From Promethearchaeota archaeon (GTDB taxonomy: Archaea; Asgardarchaeota; Lokiarchaeia; Sigyniarchaeales; SOKP01), in the NCBI GenBank assembly GCA_016840085.1, contig JAEOTA010000075.1:1-43518 (forward strand): a DNA stretch of 43,518 nt, written 5' to 3'. A program made the translations under genes and the position numbers. Of this stretch, positions 20,580 to 30,370 are shown one piece after another. How positions within the stretch are numbered: position 1 is the first letter of the stretch; each line of letters opens with the position of its first letter. Below the pieces are notes generated by a model. The model saw nothing but the letters and a program-made list of their open reading frames with translations. It had not been told where the DNA came from and did no database searches.

Positions 20580-21416
20580 ATGATAAAAATGTCTGAAGAA
20601 AAAAAGTTTGAACATGTTAAAATAGAGAAAGTTGATGAGGGAAATTATGCAGTAGTTTCAATAAATAGACCCGATAAACTGAACGCACTTCAAAATCAAA
20701 CACTTAGAGAAATTGCCGAAGCTTTAGAAACTATAGAAATCGATGAAAAAGTTCGCTGTGTTATTTTACGTGGGGTAAAAGAATATACAAAGAAACCTGC
20801 CTTCTCTGCTGGTGCTGACCTTTCAGCCCGAGGTGGGCCTAAACTCAATATGGAAAATATTAGACATCGCAGTCATGCTATGTATTTGCGACATAAATAT
20901 TATGATTTAATTGAGGAATTTCCAAAACCTCTGATTGCTGCTGTTGATGGATATGCACTAGGAGGAGGATTAGAATTAGTATTAGTATGTGATTTAGTTA
21001 TTGCATCAAAAAAATCAGAGTTTGGCTTCCCTGAGATTAGAAGAGGAATTTTTCCGGGGAACGGGGGAACACAACGGATGATTAGAAACTTAGGAAAAAT
21101 GAGAGTTAATAGAATGATGTACTTTGGGGAACATTTTACTGCTGAAGAAATGTATAGTATGGGATTGGTGTCATTTTTAGTTGATGATGATAAATTTGAG
21201 GAATTTGTGCATGAAAAGGCATCATGGTTAGGGAATGCTGCAACAAATGCTCTATTTGTCATCAAAAAGTGTATCCAATATGGAACTCAAGTACCCCTTA
21301 ATGTTGGCCTTCAATTTGAGCACTGGGCATATGCGTTAAATACTACCTCTAAAGATGTTATTGAGGGCGTAGGTGCCTTTTTACAGAAGAGGGAGCCAAA
21401 ATTTCAAGGCAAATAA
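20580..21416 (+). CDS. Enoyl-CoA hydratase (both catalytic Glu present)
   Basis: NRPDKLNAL, AFSAGADL, GGGLELVLVCD, FGFPEIRRG and AFLQKREPKFQGK. Confidence 0.93.
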   Translation: MIKMSEEKKFEHVKIEKVDEGNYAVVSINRPDKLNALQNQTLREIAEALETIEIDEKVRCVILRGVKEYTKKPAFSAGADLSARGGPKLNMENIRHRSHAMYLRHKYYDLIEEFPKPLIAAVDGYALGGGLELVLVCDLVIASKKSEFGFPEIRRGIFPGNGGTQRMIRNLGKMRVNRMMYFGEHFTAEEMYSMGLVSFLVDDDKFEEFVHEKASWLGNAATNALFVIKKCIQYGTQVPLNVGLQFEHWAYALNTTSKDVIEGVGAFLQKREPKFQGK

Positions 21417-21522
21417 CTATTAAAAGAAACCTATTTTATTTTTTTTTGTCTTTAAAGATTAATTTATCGAATATAAAAGAAGTTAATGTTAGATTTATTT
21501 AAGAACAATTCAAAACAGTTAA

Positions 21523-22677
21523 TTACAGACAATTATACAATGCTTCCCGAATTCTCATTGAACGGGGATCTCCTGTGAGAGTAACTACCATTTTATTCAT
21601 TACATACGCCCAGCTTAATTTAGCGTCAAGATCCATTGTAACATGTGAGCCCCCCCATCCACCCCAATAAAATGCACGTGGATTTGGGCTTATTGGAATC
21701 TCTTTACAAACAAGACCATAACCTAAACCAAAACGTATAGGTCCACTAAGAACCAAATCAGTACCGTAAGATTGCTCCTCTATAGCTTTCTCAATTGTTT
21801 CTAAAGAGAGTAACTGTATACCATCAAGTTCACCGCCACATGCTAAAGCAGCTGCTATCTTTGCGACTGACCTAGCATTACCATGCCCATTCGAAGCAGG
21901 AATTTCAGCCACACGCCATTCACGTGTTAAAGTCTCTCTGGCTGTTAGTGGAGGATTTAATAATACTTTTAGTGATATTGATTCAGGGTCAATATTACCC
22001 AAATTTTTAAGATCAGGAGGCGGTGGTGGGATTAATTCTCCAACACGGGGATCTTGTTCTTCAGGTAAACCTATATAAAAATCTGCTTTAAGTGGAGTTG
22101 CTACTTCATCTCGAAAAAATATACCGAGACTTTTACCTGTTACTCGGCGGACCAATTCACCTAAAAGATAACCGAAAGTAATTGAATGATAACCGCTTTT
22201 AGTTCCAGGTTCCCACCATGGTTTCTGAGCAGCTAGCATGTTAACAATTTGATCCCAATCATAAAGAGTTTTAGCTTGAATAGATTTATCAAAACCAGGG
22301 AGTCCAGCGGTATGACTAAGAAGATAACGCACAGGTAAGTTTTGCTTACCTGCTTGCCCAAATTCAGGCCAATATTTAGCTACGGGAGCATCTAAATCTA
22401 TAAGTCCTTTATCCACAAGCATAAGAACACATAACGCTGTCATAACTTTTGTAGTCGAATATACATTAACTATAGTATCTTGTTCCCACCGGTGTGTTTG
22501 AGCCTCATCGGAATACCCTGCCCAAATATCAACTACATATTTTCCATTTATCGTGACAGCAAGGGAAGCTCCAACTTCCAAACCTTCTTCAAAATTCATT
22601 TTAAAAGCTTCTTTTACTGGTTCAAATTGCTCTTCACAAAAACCATGAATTTCAATTTTATTTGACATCTTTTTCAC
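21523..22677 (-). CDS. Serine hydrolase, beta-lactamase/EstB family esterase
   Basis: YSTTK (SxxK), LLSHTAGL, WEPGTKSGYH and WGGWGGS. Confidence 0.93.
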   Translation of the reverse strand: MKKMSNKIEIHGFCEEQFEPVKEAFKMNFEEGLEVGASLAVTINGKYVVDIWAGYSDEAQTHRWEQDTIVNVYSTTKVMTALCVLMLVDKGLIDLDAPVAKYWPEFGQAGKQNLPVRYLLSHTAGLPGFDKSIQAKTLYDWDQIVNMLAAQKPWWEPGTKSGYHSITFGYLLGELVRRVTGKSLGIFFRDEVATPLKADFYIGLPEEQDPRVGELIPPPPPDLKNLGNIDPESISLKVLLNPPLTARETLTREWRVAEIPASNGHGNARSVAKIAAALACGGELDGIQLLSLETIEKAIEEQSYGTDLVLSGPIRFGLGYGLVCKEIPISPNPRAFYWGGWGGSHVTMDLDAKLSWAYVMNKMVVTLTGDPRSMRIREALYNCL

Positions 22678-22786
22678 TTTAGAATATCATTTTATTACTT
22701 TAACATACTATAAACTAATCTTATAAAAAAAAAATAGTAATTAAATTTAAAATTACTTAATGCTAATTAATAAAAATTCTTACAAA

Positions 22787-23098
22787 TTAGCCCATCCCAA
22801 TGTAACCCATAGCTTCACCTACGGTACTAAAGGTTCTAACTTGATACCTGAAACCTTCAATATCACGAAACTCGGTTAAAAATTGGCTAGCATAATCTAA
22901 AGCTTCTCCTATATCTTCTCGTTTTACTTCATCAACAACCATAACTTCGATTCCTTCTTTGGTTGATGAAACTGCTACTGGGACAATACGTTTGATACTA
23001 GAGATTACAGGATATTTCTGAAGTGTTTCTAAATATCTTTGAGCAACTGTATTTGATTGAGAAGGGGGATACCATGAAAATAATACGATATATGGCAT
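22787..23098 (-). CDS. Small hypothetical protein (possible ferredoxin-like/dimeric alpha-beta barrel)
   Basis: 103-aa ORF with AGGT RBS and normal composition in its own intergenic slot. Confidence 0.7.
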   Translation of the reverse strand: MPYIVLFSWYPPSQSNTVAQRYLETLQKYPVISSIKRIVPVAVSSTKEGIEVMVVDEVKREDIGEALDYASQFLTEFRDIEGFRYQVRTFSTVGEAMGYIGMG

Positions 23099-23388
23099 TG
23101 ATATTTACCTATTTTTAAGTATTAAATTGAATTTCTTAATTGAAATCATAAGAGAGAATTTGAATATCTTTTTAAATTTTACTTTTTTATCAAAATCTTC
23201 TTGATAAATTTGGATAGAGTGAGAAATACTCTAATTTTTTTATTAGAGTCTTTAGTATGAATAATTATCCATTTACATTCGTAAAGTTGATATGGAATTT
23301 TAAAATTCTTAATATAATACTTTTAATTTTTAACTTTGACATAAAATTTCATTAAAAATAAAATAAAGCATAAAAAAGTGAAAAAAAT

Positions 23389-24666
23389 TTGGATTTAAAA
23401 GAAGTATGGTTAATTGATTATGCTCGGACAGCATTTTCTCGATGTAGACCACGAACACCAGAAAGGGATGTTTTTGGCGAACTTAGAGGAGATGAAATAT
23501 TGGCTCAGTTGCTAATGAAATTCTTTGATGAGAAATTAGCAGATAAAGGCATAGAAAAAAAAGATATAGAAGAATCTACTGTTGGAGTCGCAAATGGAAC
23601 ATTAGAAGGTTGGACTTATGGAGGGAGACTTCCCATCTTTATGGCAGGATTTCCAGTAACCACACCTGCATTCTTTATAGATAGACAATGTGGCTCAGCA
23701 GGTTCTGGTATGCATGTAGGAATTATGGAAATTATGACTGGGCATGCGAAATGCACGTTAGCTAATGGATTTGAACATATGGGTCGTGGTAGAGGCAGTG
23801 GAACTAGCCCAAATATGAAGTTGGTGGACAAAAATAGTATATATTATCGTTCTGATATTGATCTGAGAACAACTTTTAATATGCTTCAAACCGCTCAGAA
23901 GTTATATGAAGAAGAAGTACCTACATTTACTAAAGAAGATTTAGATAGGTTTGGAGTAAGAGCCCATAATTTAACAGTTAAAAGTCATGAGGAAAGGTGG
24001 TTTAAAGGTGAAATTATACCTATCGAGGGCCATGTTGAAGGTGATGTTAACACCCCAATGATGGTTGATAGAGATATGAATGCAAGACAGTCAAATATGG
24101 AAGGACATGCAAAATTACCACGATTATCAAGACCCTTTTATTTAGAGAAAAATGGCGGTAAAGAAGGATATGTAAAAAGAGAAGGCACAGAAGAAGGGAT
24201 TATTACTGTTGGAAACTCATCCCCTTTGAATGCAGGAGCCACAACAGCGGTTTGTATGGACGCTAAAGAAGCTGAAAAACGAGGTATTGAGCCAATGGCA
24301 AGAATTGTATCAATTGGTTGGGCAGCAGTAGATCCAACGACAATGGGACGAGGACCAGTTCCTGCTACAAAAAAGGCTTTAGCGGTAGCTGGATTGAAAG
24401 CTGAAGATATTGATTACTGGGAGATTAATGAAGCATTTTGTATTGTAACTCTAAATTGTATGGATAAATTTGATTTACCTTGGGACATAGTGAATATTAT
24501 GGGCGGGTCGACTGCTATCGGACATCCTCTTGGGAGTACTATGATCCGACTTACTGGAACTTTAGCAAGAATATTAAAGGATAAGAAAGCTAAATACGGT
24601 GTTGCTAATGCTTGTTGCGGTGGTGGCCAAGGAGTTGCAACAGTTATAGAAAATCTAGATGCTTAA
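23389..24666 (+). CDS. Acetyl-CoA C-acyltransferase (thiolase), catalytic residues intact
   Basis: DRQCGSA (Cys nucleophile), GNSSPLNAGA, WEINEAF, GHPLG and ACCGGGQG. Confidence 0.95.
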   Translation: MDLKEVWLIDYARTAFSRCRPRTPERDVFGELRGDEILAQLLMKFFDEKLADKGIEKKDIEESTVGVANGTLEGWTYGGRLPIFMAGFPVTTPAFFIDRQCGSAGSGMHVGIMEIMTGHAKCTLANGFEHMGRGRGSGTSPNMKLVDKNSIYYRSDIDLRTTFNMLQTAQKLYEEEVPTFTKEDLDRFGVRAHNLTVKSHEERWFKGEIIPIEGHVEGDVNTPMMVDRDMNARQSNMEGHAKLPRLSRPFYLEKNGGKEGYVKREGTEEGIITVGNSSPLNAGATTAVCMDAKEAEKRGIEPMARIVSIGWAAVDPTTMGRGPVPATKKALAVAGLKAEDIDYWEINEAFCIVTLNCMDKFDLPWDIVNIMGGSTAIGHPLGSTMIRLTGTLARILKDKKAKYGVANACCGGGQGVATVIENLDA

Positions 24667-24761
24667 TCTATTTTCTTTTATTTTTTGAGTTAAAACATAC
24701 AATATTTTTTTTTTGATATATCTATATATTTTTTAATATAATCATTAGCTAAGGTGATTTT

Positions 24762-25562
24762 ATAACACATATAAAAGATTTATTTAAATTAGATGGAAAA
24801 GTTGCTCTTGTTACTGGTGGAGGGAAAGGATTAGGATATTTTTCCACTGAAGGATTAGCTGAAGCAGGTGCACATGTAGCTATTTGTGGAAGAGATATTC
24901 ATGGAAAATTAGATAATGCTATTGAAAAGCTAAAAAAGATAGGGACTGATTGCATATCAATCAAATGTGATGTAACAAGGGAAGATCAAGTAGAACAAAT
25001 GGCAAAAAAAATGAAAGAACATTACGGAAAATGCGATATACTGGTTAATAATGCGGGAATTTCTGATATGGCACAATCTAAAACATATAGTTTAGAGCGA
25101 TGGAAAAGAATTATAAATACAAATATTACGGGGACATTTCTATGTTGTCGAGAAATAGGTAAACTGATGATTAGACAAAAAAATGGAAGTATCATCAACT
25201 TTTCTAGTGAAAATGGACAAGTAGGTTTTTCAAGTGGAATGACTGCTTATGCAACTTCTAAGATAGGAATTATAGGTCTTTCTAGATCTTTAGCCGTTGA
25301 GTGGGGAAAACATAATATTAGAGTAAATGCCATCTTACCAGGCAATATGGAAGAAGGTATGATGGAATTCCTTCAAGATAAAAGTAATCCATTTTATAAG
25401 TTGATGGGGGTTCCTTTGTTGAACCTAATTCCTATGAAACGATTTGGAAATGGAGATGACATTAAAGGAACAATTGTATTTCTAGCTTCGGATGCAAGTA
25501 GTTATATTTCAGGTGCAAAAATCGTTGTTGATGGTGGTTTCACTATTAATGCTGGAATTTAG
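24762..25562 (+). CDS. Short-chain dehydrogenase/reductase (gluconate-5-DH/KduD-like), 266 aa from a non-canonical ATA start
   Basis: The frame upstream of the listed 24999 ATG is open and encodes DLFKLDGKVALVTGGGKGLG. NNAG, YATSK and VDGG are also present. AAGGTGA RBS lies 4 nt before ATA 24762, with an in-frame TAA at 24750. Confidence 0.85.
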   Translation: MTHIKDLFKLDGKVALVTGGGKGLGYFSTEGLAEAGAHVAICGRDIHGKLDNAIEKLKKIGTDCISIKCDVTREDQVEQMAKKMKEHYGKCDILVNNAGISDMAQSKTYSLERWKRIINTNITGTFLCCREIGKLMIRQKNGSIINFSSENGQVGFSSGMTAYATSKIGIIGLSRSLAVEWGKHNIRVNAILPGNMEEGMMEFLQDKSNPFYKLMGVPLLNLIPMKRFGNGDDIKGTIVFLASDASSYISGAKIVVDGGFTINAGI

Positions 25563-25575
25563 GTTTTTTAAATAT

Positions 25576-25588
25576 GAAAGATTTAAAG
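25576..25588 (+). promoter_or_regulatory. Candidate archaeal BRE-TATA element
   Basis: GAAAGA-TTTAAAG about 55 nt upstream of ATG 25643. The AT-rich context limits specificity. Confidence 0.35.
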
Positions 25589-25642
25589 TGTAAGGAAAAT
25601 TTTTTACCTAAATAAAAATATTATATCTATTCGTGAAAAATA

Positions 25643-26581
25643 ATGGGAATGTTAGATGGAAAAGTAGCCATAATTACTGGTGCGGGTCGTGGTGTAGGCC
25701 GCGAAGAAGCATTACTTATGGCTAAAGAAGGTTGTAATTTGATAATTAATGATATTGGCGGTGGTGCAAGTCATTTAGATAAGGATGCCAAAATCGCAGA
25801 TACTGTTGTTGAAGAGTGTAAGGCTCTTGGAGTCAAAGCAATAGCGAATTATGACTCTGTAGTTGATTATAACAAGACAAAAGGCATGATAGATCAAGCA
25901 ATATCAGAATTTGGTAAATTAGATATTGTTGTGAATAATGCTGGTATCTTGAGAGACAGGATGATATTTAATATGGCAGAAGAAGAATTTGATCTTGTTA
26001 TCGCAGTTCATTTAAAAGGAACATTTAATTTAACTAGACATGCAGGTTCTTATTTTAGAGAACAAGGTAAAGCTTTTCCTGATCTAGGAAATTTTGGAAG
26101 AATTATTAATACTGCATCCGATTCTGGGTTATATGGTAATGTTGGTCAATCAAATTATGGCGCTGCTAAATCTGGAATAGCAACTTTCACAGTAATAGTA
26201 TCTCAAGAACTTGCGAAATATGCAACCGTTAACTGCGTAGTTCCAAGTGCGAGAACCCGAATGACAACAGATTTAACTCCAAAAATGGCAAACTTTATGA
26301 AAATGAAAACAAAGGAAGGTTTTGATATTTTTAATCCAGAACATTTTGCTCCTTTAGTAGCATACATCGCTTCTGATGCAGCTAAAGACATTAATGGTGA
26401 AGTTTTTAGAGCTATAGGTGATAAAGTTTGGGTGTATCGTGGTTGGAAAGCTGTAAAGAAAATTTCGAATAATATGCAAACTTTTACCCCTCAAAAATTA
26501 GCTGAACGATTTCCAGAATTAATGAAGGATTTACCTTCTAAAAGAGAAGGTGCTGCTACCCCGGACGAATTAATGGGTTAA
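25643..26581 (+). CDS. SDR, MFE-2/HSD17B4-dehydrogenase-like (putative (R)-3-hydroxyacyl-CoA dehydrogenase)
   Basis: TGAGRGVG, IINDIGG, VNNAGILRD and GNVGQSNYGAAK. Confidence 0.9.
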   Translation: MGMLDGKVAIITGAGRGVGREEALLMAKEGCNLIINDIGGGASHLDKDAKIADTVVEECKALGVKAIANYDSVVDYNKTKGMIDQAISEFGKLDIVVNNAGILRDRMIFNMAEEEFDLVIAVHLKGTFNLTRHAGSYFREQGKAFPDLGNFGRIINTASDSGLYGNVGQSNYGAAKSGIATFTVIVSQELAKYATVNCVVPSARTRMTTDLTPKMANFMKMKTKEGFDIFNPEHFAPLVAYIASDAAKDINGEVFRAIGDKVWVYRGWKAVKKISNNMQTFTPQKLAERFPELMKDLPSKREGAATPDELMG

Positions 26582-26661
26582 AATTAAAGAATCAAAATTT
26601 TTTCTTTTTTATTTTTAAATTTATTAAACCCTATAAAATTAGTGTAATTCAATTCAAAACA

Positions 26662-27555
26662 GTGATTAAATTGGTTTTCATCCATAAAGAAGGAAAATTC
26701 AATGGAAATAGTTATTTAATTGACGGTTATTTATTTGGAGCACCTAGAAGTCTTGCTCTTTACGTGATTGAAAATAATGGGACTCGGATGCTCATAGATA
26801 CATCAACTGCAGATAACGCAGATAGAATTATAGAAAAGTTAAAAGAATTTAAGATATACCCTATTCATAAAATTTTCCTTACACATTCGCATTGGGATCA
26901 TACAGCTGGCGTGAATAAATTAAAGACTCTAATGAAGGACATTGATATTGAAGTATTGGCATCAGAGAATGCGATTGACAATTTGAAAAAGCCAGCTGCT
27001 ATGAATAATATTTTTGAAGCAACCGTCGAGCCTTTAGATGGTGTTATACCATTAAAAGAAGGTGATCTAATTGAATTGAATGGTCTGAAATTAGAAGTTT
27101 TTAATTTCTTTGGCCATACAATGGATTCGATTGCACTTTTAGATGAAGAAAATAGAAATATTTTTACAGGTGATGCCATCATTGATAAATCGGGTTATAA
27201 TTACATCACACCTACTTTCATGCCACCAGATTTCAATGAATCCGAATTACTTAAAACTTTTCAAAAACTGAGAGACATGAGGGACAAGTTAAATTCGATT
27301 ACATTAGCTCATTTTGGGGTATGGACAGATGGGGATTTTGAAAAGATTCTTGATGGAATGGAATCATTTCACTTTGACACAAAAAACTCAATAATTCAAT
27401 GGTATAAGGAAAATCTATCGAGTAAAGAAATTGCAATGAAATACTTTGAGAAATTTATACCAAAATCTAAAATTGTAGAATATGGATTATTAGATAATTT
27501 AGAAATGAATATCAAATGGTTATTAGAAGGCTTGAAAAGGAGTGGTTTCATTTAA
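26662..27555 (+). CDS. Metallo-beta-lactamase fold hydrolase
   Basis: LIDT, THSHWDH, GHT, FTGDA and AHFG. Confidence 0.9.
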   Translation: MIKLVFIHKEGKFNGNSYLIDGYLFGAPRSLALYVIENNGTRMLIDTSTADNADRIIEKLKEFKIYPIHKIFLTHSHWDHTAGVNKLKTLMKDIDIEVLASENAIDNLKKPAAMNNIFEATVEPLDGVIPLKEGDLIELNGLKLEVFNFFGHTMDSIALLDEENRNIFTGDAIIDKSGYNYITPTFMPPDFNESELLKTFQKLRDMRDKLNSITLAHFGVWTDGDFEKILDGMESFHFDTKNSIIQWYKENLSSKEIAMKYFEKFIPKSKIVEYGLLDNLEMNIKWLLEGLKRSGFI

Positions 27556-27669
27556 AAATTAAAAATAAAGAGACATTTTGGAAAAAATAAAGCAAAATTG
27601 AAATGATTAATATACTATTTCATATAAAAACTAATTAAAAAACAATTAAATAATTAAGAACGGTTAAAA

Positions 27670-28500
27670 ATGTCAGGATTAGATTTAAGCGTCGTAGGTA
27701 AAAAGAATCCAGAAAGAAGTTTTAAATATACTTGGAGAGATACAGCACTTTACGCATTAGGAATTGGGGCTCAGACAGATGAGCTTTCCTTCATTTATGA
27801 AAATACTCCTGGTGGAATCAAAGTATTTCCTAGTTTTGCAACCATCGCTAGAGGAGTTGCTTTTCCTAGATTGGGAAACATTTTTTTTCCTAGGTTCATT
27901 CATGGTGAGGAGTTAATTCATTTGCATAAACCTTTTCCATCTCAAGGTGAGGTAATATGTTTCAGTGAGGTAACCGATATTTTTGATAAAGGTAAAGCTG
28001 CTGTTATTCATGTAAAATTCACAGGTCTTACTAAAGATAGGGAACCCTTATTTGACGTCATATCATCTTTCTTTTATCTAGGAGCGGGTGGATTTGGAGG
28101 GGAACGTGGTCCTAAAAGTGAATCTTTAACACCTCCAGAAGGAGTAGCTCCAGATTTTAGCATATCCTATAAAACTACTAAGAATCAAGCCGCGCTCTAC
28201 AGACTTAATGGTGATATAAATCCTTTACATATTGACCCTGAGTTGGCTCGGAGAGGTGGTCAAGAGAAACCAATATTACATGGATTATGTACTTATGGAT
28301 TTGCTACTAGAGCAATACTTTATGGCATATGTGATGGTGATGTGTCTCGTTTCAAGGAATTTAAAGCAAGATTTACTAATGTTGTTTATCCGGGAGAAAC
28401 TCTTACTACTGAGGGTTGGAAAGATAACGGACGCTATATAATTCAAGTACGAAAAGATAAGACCGTTGTGTTAAGCAATGCATATGCAATTATTGAATAA
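27670..28500 (+). CDS. Double hot-dog (R)-specific enoyl-CoA hydratase 2 (MaoC family)
   Basis: LYALGIG, FPSFATI, HGEE, DKGKAA, YRLNGDINPLHIDP and ILHGLCTYG hydratase-2 motif. Confidence 0.93.
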   Translation: MSGLDLSVVGKKNPERSFKYTWRDTALYALGIGAQTDELSFIYENTPGGIKVFPSFATIARGVAFPRLGNIFFPRFIHGEELIHLHKPFPSQGEVICFSEVTDIFDKGKAAVIHVKFTGLTKDREPLFDVISSFFYLGAGGFGGERGPKSESLTPPEGVAPDFSISYKTTKNQAALYRLNGDINPLHIDPELARRGGQEKPILHGLCTYGFATRAILYGICDGDVSRFKEFKARFTNVVYPGETLTTEGWKDNGRYIIQVRKDKTVVLSNAYAIIE

Positions 28501-28603
28501 TATTTAAAATTTTAATCTTTTTTCTTTTAATCAGTAATTTTATAAAAATAAACTTAAATTTTAGTAAGAAGATCGCAAATTCTTTTAAGTAAAAAAAGAC
28601 TTC

Positions 28604-29002
28604 TTATTTAATTAGAGAAAGACGTTCACGATAACTTGAGAATTGGTTAGATAATATACGATGTTTACAATCATCCCATTTCTTACGAAAAGTATAAAAA
28701 TATTCAGAAATCTCTAAAATATCTCCAAAAATAACTTCATAGTGGTCAATAATAGAAATTTGAATATAGATTGGAAATAATTCAAATACGCGAAGGTCAA
28801 ATTTTGAAGAAAATTTTCCTAAAAGTTCTTTTTGCAGGTTAATATTTTTTTCTATAGCACTTTCACGTGAAATCACAGCTATGTCAAAATCTGAATTTGG
28901 GCGTGCCCCACCTTCCACTTGGGATCCAAATATAATCACTTCATAATTCTGCTTTAGTGATCTTAAATTTTCCCTTAATTCTGCTATTTTATATGATTTC
29001 AT
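28604..29002 (-). CDS. mntA: Minimal nucleotidyltransferase (MNT) antitoxin
   Basis: IIFGSQVEGGARPNSDFDIAV = GSx10DxD. Overlaps the HEPN gene by 14 bp. Confidence 0.88.
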   Translation of the reverse strand: MKSYKIAELRENLRSLKQNYEVIIFGSQVEGGARPNSDFDIAVISRESAIEKNINLQKELLGKFSSKFDLRVFELFPIYIQISIIDHYEVIFGDILEISEYFYTFRKKWDDCKHRILSNQFSSYRERLSLIK

Positions 29003-29393
29003 TTAATATTTCCTCCACAATTTTTATCCATATATATAAAAGATTCTTAATTTCTTCGACAGAATTTAGGATTATCTGTTCTTCAAAATCATTATAACGA
29101 TGGACTATAATATTTCGCATACCATTAGCTTTTTTTAAGTTTTCTCCTAACTCTGATTTTAGTTTTCTAACTTTGACAATTTCTGAAATATTGGTAACAT
29201 CATCTCTAACTTGAATTCCTAAATCTTTAATAAGCATTGCAATTAAATCTACAATTGCTTCGATGGATGTTTGTAGGGAATAAAATATCCCACGTTTTTC
29301 AAGTTCGTTTTTTGGTTCTATTGGTAAATCCTTTATATAATCTATAATATGATTTATTTTATCATGATATCGCTTAATTCTTAAATTATCCAT
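28989..29393 (-). CDS. hepT: HEPN (DUF86) RNase toxin
   Basis: LQTSIEAIVD and GMRNIIVHRY = Rx4HxY motif. Confidence 0.9.
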   Translation of the reverse strand: MDNLRIKRYHDKINHIIDYIKDLPIEPKNELEKRGIFYSLQTSIEAIVDLIAMLIKDLGIQVRDDVTNISEIVKVRKLKSELGENLKKANGMRNIIVHRYNDFEEQIILNSVEEIKNLLYIWIKIVEEILNEII

Positions 29394-29593
29394 TAGAATT
29401 CTTAGCTAAATTTCACTTCTTTAATTATAAAATCTCTTTTCTATTATTTATATTATTTATATGTATTAAGATTTTTTTAAACAACTTTAGACATAAGAAT
29501 CATTCAATTTAAAAAAAAATAATTAAAAAATTAAGATGAGATTGAATCATATATCTAGTTCAATATACGATGAATTTCCAAATATAGAATTAT

Positions 29594-30370
29594 TTATAGC
29601 TTTTGGATACAAAGCAATTTTTCTCTCCCTAGGAAAAGTACATTAAACTCATCAATAAAATTTTTTCCGATTAGTGCTTGAATTGGTAATCCACTAATAT
29701 CAGATGATGTGAATTCTAATTCATATGACAGATTTTCATATTGGAATATACTTTTATAGATTGATGCTTCAATAATTCCATTCGCAGTTAATATTTTACT
29801 TTTTCTAATAGGTTTTAATTCAAAATTTTCAATGAGCTTTCTATCAAGGGCCATAATCGATGCTCCAGTATCAACTAATCCAAGTAAAGACTTTTTATCT
29901 CCATTAAGTGATATGAAAAATTCTAAAATAGGAAAAAATCTTTTAGCAATTTCAGCTTGCTGGAAACATTTGGTATTTTCAGAAGAAAATAGTGAGAATA
30001 GTGTTTCAAATTGCTCAATTTCTTTACCTTTACGTAGAATCCCTGCAGAAGCTTCCGGGAACTTTTCGTAAAGCGTTTTCATTACTTCTTGCAATGTATC
30101 TCCAATAACTACAATTGTATTTCTAGAGATTCCTAAATACTTTCCATCTGGTATGAAATCAGGTATGTCAATTTTATCTAAATCGATAGGAGGATTTTTT
30201 TCTGTAAAGTTGTCGATTATTTTTTGCAAATTCATTTTTTCATCAATAGCTTCCCGAATGAATTCACTGACACTTTTATAACCTTTAAGCTTAGCAATTT
30301 CTTCTATTTTCTTCTTTTTATCTTCATCCACTTTAAAATTAATAATAGTCAAAATTGGTATTACCATCAT
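29594..30370 (-). CDS. RHH DNA-binding + DUF5678-like + clan AA (retropepsin-like) aspartic protease fusion
   Basis: IINFKVDEDKKKKIEEIAKLKGYKSVSEFIREAI (RHH); GKYLGISRNTIVVIGDTLQEV (DUF5678-like); LVDTGAS, TANG and LIGKNFI (retropepsin). Confidence 0.8.
   Translation of the reverse strand: MMVIPILTIINFKVDEDKKKKIEEIAKLKGYKSVSEFIREAIDEKMNLQKIIDNFTEKNPPIDLDKIDIPDFIPDGKYLGISRNTIVVIGDTLQEVMKTLYEKFPEASAGILRKGKEIEQFETLFSLFSSENTKCFQQAEIAKRFFPILEFFISLNGDKKSLLGLVDTGASIMALDRKLIENFELKPIRKSKILTANGIIEASIYKSIFQYENLSYELEFTSSDISGLPIQALIGKNFIDEFNVLFLGREKLLCIQKL

Noticed and set aside
21523-27555. Antibiotic resistance (beta-lactamase-fold and MBL-fold genes)
   Set aside because: No signal peptides; motifs and context fit EstB-type esterase and general MBL hydrolase families.
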